This document shows positions 57,281-64,000 of a stretch of DNA of 64,000 bases, piece by piece. Source of the stretch: Gracilinanus agilis (Eukaryota); the NCBI RefSeq assembly GCF_016433145.1, contig NC_058130.1, positions 87,579,853-87,643,852 of the forward strand. The letters are read 5' to 3'. Position numbers and translations under genes: made by a program. Each line of letters starts with the position of its first letter. The first letter of the stretch is position 1. Below the pieces are notes generated by a model. That model was given only the letters and a program-made list of their open reading frames with translations. It had not been told where the DNA came from and searched no databases.

Positions 57281-59184
57281 AAAAGAAATCAAGAAAGAAC
57301 CCAGGCCTTGGCCTCCAGAAGACTTGGGTTCGATTCCTGACTCTTATTAGGAAGAGCTGCTCACAAAAACGTATTGGTTACATGAGTCACCACTTCTTGG
57401 GTTCAATTTACTCATCTGTAAACTTAAAGCAAGTGCATTGGCTCTGCCTCCCCCCCACCCCTCAAAGAGAGTGCCCTAACATGTGACAGCCTCCTTCAGG
57501 CCTCTGTTTTTAAGAAGTGAGGTCCAGAGTTTAGTGGGTCAACCCCAGCCTGGCAGGTGGCCCCAGGCTTCCCCCTCCCAATCCAGGGCACGTTCGACCT
57601 GGCCCAAGCTATTAGTGGTTCCGTGAGCAGAACTAACCAGCCCAAATGCTGGGCCTGGCTTGGCCTCAGACACCCCCCAGTCATCCTGTGGAGGGTCTCC
57701 TTGGCTCCTCTACCTTTCTGGGGATTTCCAGGGCCCCCCACCCCCACCCCCAGCCCCCTTGCTCAGCCTCCGCCTCTCTCAAGCCTTGGCTTGCTGGGAG
57801 CCCCCAAGCCTTGGCCAGCACTCTACCAAAGTGCCAAGAACCCCATTTCGAGGGTTCTGTGGGTGGCTACAGCCAGGCCTCCCCGATTGGCCCCCTGAAG
57901 CCCTGGGTTCCTCCTATCCGGACCTGGTTCTGGCCTCCGGGGCTCCCCTCCCCCGCAGAAGGCACTTCCTGCAGCCCAGGAGCTGCCAATCACTGGGGAC
58001 GTCAGCCCAGACGCCCCAGCCCAAAGACCAGTCCTCCTGGCTTCGTGGCTACTCACCGCAGACTCAGGAAAAACTAACAGTTCATGGTCTCCGGCTCCCG
58101 GCGGGGGGGCCCATACACACCTCCAGAACTGCAAGGAGGACAACACAAGACACAGGGTTAAGCCGCATCCATTCCCGCTCTGGGGCCCTCCAGGCCCAAC
58201 ACCCTCCACCTGCAGGGGGGCTCCTCGGCCCAGAGACCCCTGCTGGGCCGGGGCTGCCCCGTGACCTTGGGTCAGTCACTCCATGGTTCTCATCCCTCCC
58301 AGGAGGCCCCGAGGGCCGGCTCTGCAGGAGGGAGGAGTGAAGGCCCAAAGCTCGGGGGGGGCCCTGGCCTCCGCCCGCCCGCCATGGGGGCTCTAACAGC
58401 CGGGCCTGGGAGCCTCCCTTTCCTGGGAGACTTTCAAGAAGCCCGCCCGGCCCAGGAACCATGGCTCCCTTCCCCGCCGGGCTCAGGGCCCTGCCCTTAC
58501 CCCAGGGGGACTTGGCCCTGCCTCGGCCCAGGCCCGCAGGTCCGCGGCGCCCCTCAGGCTGCCGGCCCATCCATGCCTCCCCCCTGCAGGCCTCCGCCAG
58601 GGCTTACTCCTCCCAGCCAGATGTGTTCATTCGGCCGGCTCGGGCTTCCTGGTTCCCGGGATTCACGTGTGCGGTGACAACAGCAGGCCCAGAGGGCGTT
58701 CCCGGCTCTTAAAGAGACCCGGCCTCGGGAGAACTTTAGAGGCCGCTTCAGAGTTGGAAGTGGCCTTTGGGGGAGCAGAGCTGGGACTCCTCCCTCCCCG
58801 AGGGCCAGGGAAAGAAGGAAGAAGTGTCTGGGCGTCCCAAGAACCTGCCCCGGAGAAGGTGGGAGGGAGGCTCAGGGGGGCATCCCCAGAGGGCACCTCA
58901 ACGGCTGCAGGGAGGTTGGGCCTGGCACCCCCTGGCCTGGCAAGGACCGCTCAGTGCCGGCTTTAATAGCTATTTACTCAACACCTCTTTTATTTACCTC
59001 AGGTCTCCCCAGATAGGATCTCAATCCCTTCCAACACTTCCCCTCCGGTTGGGCAGGAGCCCTGGAAATGCACACTTAAATCCTAAAAGTTCATCTAACA
59101 TCTCCTGGGGTCTCCTGGGGAGGGGCTGCTTCCCACATGTCCCCCAAATGTCACTATTTCCAATACAGTATCCCAGAAATTCTT

Positions 59185-59705
59185 TTTTTTTTTTTTAATT
59201 AAACTTTTTCCTTCTGTCTTAGAATCAATACTGTGTATTAGTTCCAAGGCAGAAGAGTGGTAAGAACTAAGCAGTGAGTGTTAGGTGACTCACCCAGGGT
59301 CACACAGCTAGGAAGTATCTCCTTTCCACTTTTTAAAAAAATCCTGACCTTCTGTCTTGGAATTAATCCTGGGTATTGGTTCTAAGGCAGAAGAGAGATA
59401 AGGGATAGGCCATGGGGGTTAAGTGACTTGTTCAGGGTCATACAGCTAGGACGGTCTTTTATTGAAACAGGGCCCTCCTAGCTCCAGGCCTGTCTCCCTA
59501 CCCACTGAACCACCCAGCTGTGCCCTTCCCAAGAATTGGAGTCAATCCTGTGTATTGGTTCTAAGGCAGAAGAGTGGTAAGGGTAGGCAATGGGGGCCAA
59601 GTGACTTGCCCAGGGTCACACAGCTGGGAAGTGGCTGAGGCCAAATTTGAACCCAGGACCTCGGGTCTCTAGGCCTGGCTCTCAATCCACTGAGCTACCC
59701 AGCTG
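59185..59705 (-). mobile_element. Cluster of three SINE1_Mdo-like copies in the same orientation
   Basis: Three successive bodies (ggcagaagag...gtgact...cccagggtca) near 59185, 59335 and 59540. Confidence 0.8.
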
Positions 59706-59799
59706 CAGCGCCCCCTCCCCACCAAGAATTCTTAAAGCAACTCGGGATCCCATTTTGCAAATGTGGGGCAGGAGGGGTGAAAAGTATGCCTCCAGATAG

Positions 59800-61200
59800 A
59801 CTTTAGGCCAGTCGGTTTATTAGACGGAGGGCGGGCTCCCGGAGGGCCCCTCTTTGTATTCCCAGAGCTGGGCACGCCGAAGGCCAGGCTCCGGCTCGAG
59901 GGCACAAAAGGATTTGCCTTCGGCATCCCTCAAAAGGCGGCCCCCCCCCCCCGCCCGCGAAAGTTAAAAACTCTCACTTATTGAAAAGATCTATTTTTGC
60001 AGATAGGGAAACTGACCCCGGCTGCCAAGGGCCTGGTCCAAGAGGACTCGCTCCCCTCCTTCGTTCCACCCCTGGTCCCAGCCAAGGCCTCGGAGAGGGT
60101 TCCAGACACCTGAGCGAAGGGAGGGGCCGCCTGTTCTCTTCCCGGGGGAAGGGGGGAGGGACTCAGATCGGGACAGAGCGTGGAGTCTCTCCTTCCTCCC
60201 TTACAGCGGTCTGGGCATGTGGTAAGGTGGGCCCATTCTACAGAGGGGAAAACTGAGGCGCCGGGGCTTTGCTCCGGGGACCCAGAGTGAGTGGCGGACT
60301 AGGAGGCAGGAGCCGGGACAACCCACCCGAACCGCGATCCCAAACCCAGACCCGGGCCGCTCCGCCCTGCCTCACCTCGGCTCCCTTTTAGCCCTGCGGT
60401 CGCTCGGGGGTCGGTGCTGGTAGCTCCCGGGGCACAGGCAGCCAGAGAGCCGTGCGCGCCCCCGGGGCTGGCGGGCGGGCGTGTGCCCGGGGCCCGGGGA
60501 GGGCGGAGTGGGGCCGGCAGCCGGTAAGTCAGAAGAGAGCTGGGGCGGTTGGGCGACTGAGGGGAGGGTCGCCATAGCAACCCCCTGCCTCCCTCCCCTG
60601 CCAACCAGGCCCCGCCCCTCCCCGCCGGCCGAGGGAGGTCGGGGTTATGGCCTCCAGGCCTCTGGGGCCGGGGGAGGAGGGAGTCCTAGCCACAGACTCT
60701 GGGGCCCCTGGAGAGGCCGGTGTCCACCTCCGTCCAGCTCCCTCCCCGAGCCAGCAGGCATGCGAATTGGAGGAGGACGAGCCAGATTCGGGGAGGCCAC
60801 TCCTCTGAGTCCCCCTGCCCGGGCTGCCGCACGGCCCCGGCTGCCGCACTGCCTCTACCCCCCTAGGGACGCTGGCTTGGCTCCTTCGTTCTCCTCCCCA
60901 GGCCCCCGTAGGGCTCCGGCCAGCTTCTGTTCCCTGCGCGCCTTCGGTGGGCCCAGACACCCAAACCGCGGCTCCCTGCTCTTCTCTCGGCTGCTTAGGG
61001 CTCTCTATGCCTTTCTGACCCCCTCTATATTAGGTCCGGCATGGAGGATGCCGGGTATCTGCTCTAGGAGCCAGAGTGCTGGGGGAAAGGCAGGGACCGA
61101 GCTCTCCCCCAGCTCCAAGTACTCCTCGCCCTCGGCCCTCCCGCCAGGCTCGCAGCCGAGGCCCACTTTTAGCAGAAAGCAGGCAGGCTGGGCAAATAGG
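59800..61200. promoter_or_regulatory. CpG island / TEX264 promoter with GC boxes and an RFX X-box
   Basis: Dense CpGs; GGGCGG boxes around 60473-60510 and 60542; GTCGCCATAGCAAC at 60568-60581. Confidence 0.8.
60376..60480 (-). other. TEX264: Putative non-coding first exon of TEX264 (5' end uncertain)
   Basis: Donor GAG|GTGAGG at 60375 within the CpG island upstream of the first coding exon. Confidence 0.6.
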
Positions 61201-62605
61201 AGTGAGAGAAAAGAGGAGGAGCCATCGGAGAAAGAAAGCAGGAGAAAGTCCTCCCAGGAGGGGGGGAAATTAGGAGAATGGGGAGAGACAGCAGCTCTCC
61301 AGAGGAAGAGGCTGAGGAATATCTCAGAGCTGCCGAGTCAACTGATGAAGTATTGAATGCCTTCTCTGGGCAAGGCTGGCTACCAGCGTGGGGCTCTGCT
61401 CGCTGCTGTCTACAGAGTAGACACTTAACCCTCTGCCAGGACCCCCAGCTCTTCCTTCTCTCTTGGAGAAATAGAAAGGAATTGGAAATGCCCTTCTTAT
61501 CTCTGCAGACCAGACCACTCTGCTTCAGAAAGGAGCTAGCTGGTGGGTTAAGTTTCTCTTCCCTTCTCTGCCAAGTTGCATTCTTCTAGGACTAGAAGAC
61601 AGAAGAATGGAGACTATGAGACTTCTCAGTGATGAGCCACTAGCAGTCAGCAAGGCTAGGACTTCACAGGGTGGAGGAAGAAGAGCTTTTCTTGGAGTAC
61701 ATCCAACAGGGAAGCTCCTGATGGGAAGGAAGGTTGTGCTAAAAATGATTGGCTTTTATACCTACAACCAAGCCGTTGTCCCTCCATCAAGAAGACAAAC
61801 AATGGGGACCCCCTTTCTCCTTTCATACAGAAGCCCTCAGTTTCCTTAATGTTTATTTTAACCTGATTTCACACACAAGGGGGGGGGGGGGAGAATATGA
61901 ATCCAAGGAGCAGTTTGACAGGTCTATAGCCACTCTGGCCTTGTGAATGGGACCTTGAGTTCTAGATCTCAGATATGGAATTCTGAAATTCTGTTCGTTG
62001 ACCATTGGCTCCAGTCCTTTTGACTTTTCTCATTATCATTATTTTTCCTAAATCTGGCTAGTTTCAGTCGGTAGGGAATGGTTCTCAGGATCATAGGTTC
62101 AAGCTCTATCCCAGGCACCACTTAGAGACAGCTAGGAAGTTTAGTAAATAGAGATCTATTCTTAGATCAGGCAGAAGGGAATGGTATCCTGCATTACACA
62201 CTCACTAGCCATGTAACACCTGGGGAAGTCACTTAACTTTGGTTAGCCTCATCTATAAAAGAAAAGTAATATAGCACCTACCTCCCTGGTGGTGAGAAGC
62301 AAATATTGGTAAAGTGGTTTGAAAACTTTAAAGTGGTAGATATTCTTATTAATAATCTCTTTCCCTCCTTGCTTGACTAGCCTGTCCTCATTTTCCTCCT
62401 TTCACACCTTCAACAAGGCACTTTCTCTTGGCCATTCATCTCCCATTATCTGCCTTCCCTGTACTACTCTAAAGCAGATGAAGGCTGCTAGAGAAGTCCC
62501 AAGCTCATGCTGACTTTGCTCATGACATATTTAGCTGGGCCCTCACTGTTGCATAGCCATCTTTTTACTCTTCTCTGATGGTCCATCGTCTCCAACATTA
62601 GCTGT

Positions 62606-62630
62606 TTTGTGTGTGTGTGTGTGTGTGTGT
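62606..62630 (+). repeat. (GT)n microsatellite
   Basis: About 12 GT units. Confidence 0.95.
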
Positions 62631-62826
62631 TTTAAACCCTTACCTCCCATCTTGGAGTCAATACTGTGTATTGGCGCCAAGGCAGAAGAGTGGTAAGGGT
62701 AGGCAATGGGGGCCAAGTGACTTGCCCAGAGTCACACAGTTAGGAAGTGTCTGAGGCTACATTTGAACCCAAGACCTCCCGTCTCTAGGCCTGGCTCTCA
62801 ATCCACTGAGCTACCCAGCTGCCCCA
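62631..62826 (-). mobile_element. SINE1_Mdo-like SINE next to (GT)n
   Basis: tttaaacccttacc...ccactgagctacccagctgcccc. Confidence 0.85.
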
Positions 62827-63009
62827 AACAGCAGCTGTTCTTAAGCGCCTCAATCTGACCTATCACAGCAGATAGCCTTTTACTTTCCTGAGACTATCAA
62901 GGAATGGTTATTTTCCTTCTTCACATTTCAAAATCCTTTTCCTTTATACTCATTGGCTCATCTTAGCCCAAGAGGATGAGATCCTCTCTCTTTCTCTCTT
63001 CCCTTTTCT

Positions 63010-63270
63010 TCTGTTGTGGTTCAGCCCTTAAATCATGTCAGACTCTCCTGACCCCATGGACCATAGTTATATCCATGAGGTTCTCCTGTCAAGGATACTG
63101 GAGTGGTTTTAACATTTCCTTTTCCCAGGGATCCAGTGGATCCTTTTGTCAGGCAGTCTATCGAGATTAAGTGATTTGCCCAAAGTTACACAGGTAGTTA
63201 AGTGTCTAATACTGGATTTGAACTCAGGCCTTTCTGACTCTAGGCCTAGTGCTCTTCCCCACTGAGCCAG
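63010..63270 (-). mobile_element. MAR1-like SINE
   Basis: gactctcctgaccccatggacc...ggatactggagtggttt + CORE. Confidence 0.55.
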
Positions 63271-64000
63271 TTGCCTCTTTTCTTTGCTATATTTGAGATC
63301 TTGGTCTTCTCTCATCTTCAGGAGTTTGCTTCTAAATCAGTTATTCCCAGTCTTTCCTCTTCTCCTTGCTCCTTCCCTATTGCCTACATTGTTTGAGTCT
63401 TACACACTAGTTGCTTCTACTTCCTCATCATCTCAATCCTAGCAATATGGCTTTCTACTCCTCTACTGGTACTTTTTCAAATAGCCACAAAAGATCTTTT
63501 AATTTCTTCTTGCTTTTCTCAAACCTCAACTTCTTTGGCCAATTTTTGACACTTTGACAACCCCCTAGTATGCAAGCCAAATGAACTAACTGGTTCCCAA
63601 ACTCTACATGTCATCTCCAACTCCAATGAATTTGTGAATGTCTACTCTTCAAAGGTCTTTTAGAATCTTTGTTTTCCTTCTAAACTCAGCTGTCATTTCC
63701 TCCCTAAGGGGGTTCCCCATCCTACTCCATCCCCATCTCCCCATTTTTTCTTATGTTTCCCTAGAACATTTTGAATGGAACCCTCATTTGGCACCATTTC
63801 CTACCCTGGATCATATTCATCTATGTACATGTCCTATTTCCCCTGTAGAAGCTAAGGAACTAGGGACTGTGACATTAAAAAAATCATTTTATCCCTAGTT
63901 CCTATAACATAGGAAAACAATAAAAGTCTACTACTGAATAAAATGCTTGAAGGAAAGAGTGATGGTTCCTTCTAGGAACTGTTGAGAGGGTAGAAAAAAG

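Noticed and set aside
60481-61356. 291-aa ORF in the TEX264 promoter island
   Set aside because: GTG start, Pro/Gly/Arg composition typical of CpG-island noise.
61200-64000. RAD54L2 3' end expected from human synteny
   Set aside because: No coding similarity seen; region is mostly SINE/L2 debris, and TTTATT at 61852 alone is insufficient.

Overview
Eukaryotic genomic DNA from a marsupial, most likely a didelphid opossum, judged from the SINE1_Mdo-like and MAR1-like SINEs. The window matches the human TEX264-GRM2 region and has three N gaps (4419-4621, 15437-15583, 17393-17655). Minus strand: (1) a complete TEX264 gene with a non-coding first exon in a CpG island near 60.4 kb, four coding exons (54891-55148, 43582-43803, 25814-25982, 20095-20387; 313 aa) and a poly(A) signal at 19704-19709; (2) about 2.4 kb downstream, GRM2 (mGluR2) with a putative non-coding exon 1 and coding exons 14110-14607, 7912-8749 and 3204-4282 (805 aa). 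The last two GRM2 exons are not in the window. Plus strand: an uninterrupted IQCF-family (IQ-motif) coding exon with its own poly(A) signal is nested antisense inside GRM2 intron 2 (11701-12066). This is the most notable structural observation. Other leads: a Leu-to-Ser change in the TEX264 p97-binding SHP box, a Gly-rich insertion in the mGluR2 ligand-binding domain, a wide-spacer REST site at the GRM2 promoter, a 397-bp processed 3'UTR retrocopy with TSDs, a hAT MITE with TIRs and 8-bp TSD, and two unexplained intronic islands (27.2-27.8 kb and 57.5-59 kb). The rest is mostly SINE, L1, L2 and CR1 debris and simple repeats. All homology statements come from recalled protein and repeat sequences, not database searches. 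Repeat boundaries are approximate.
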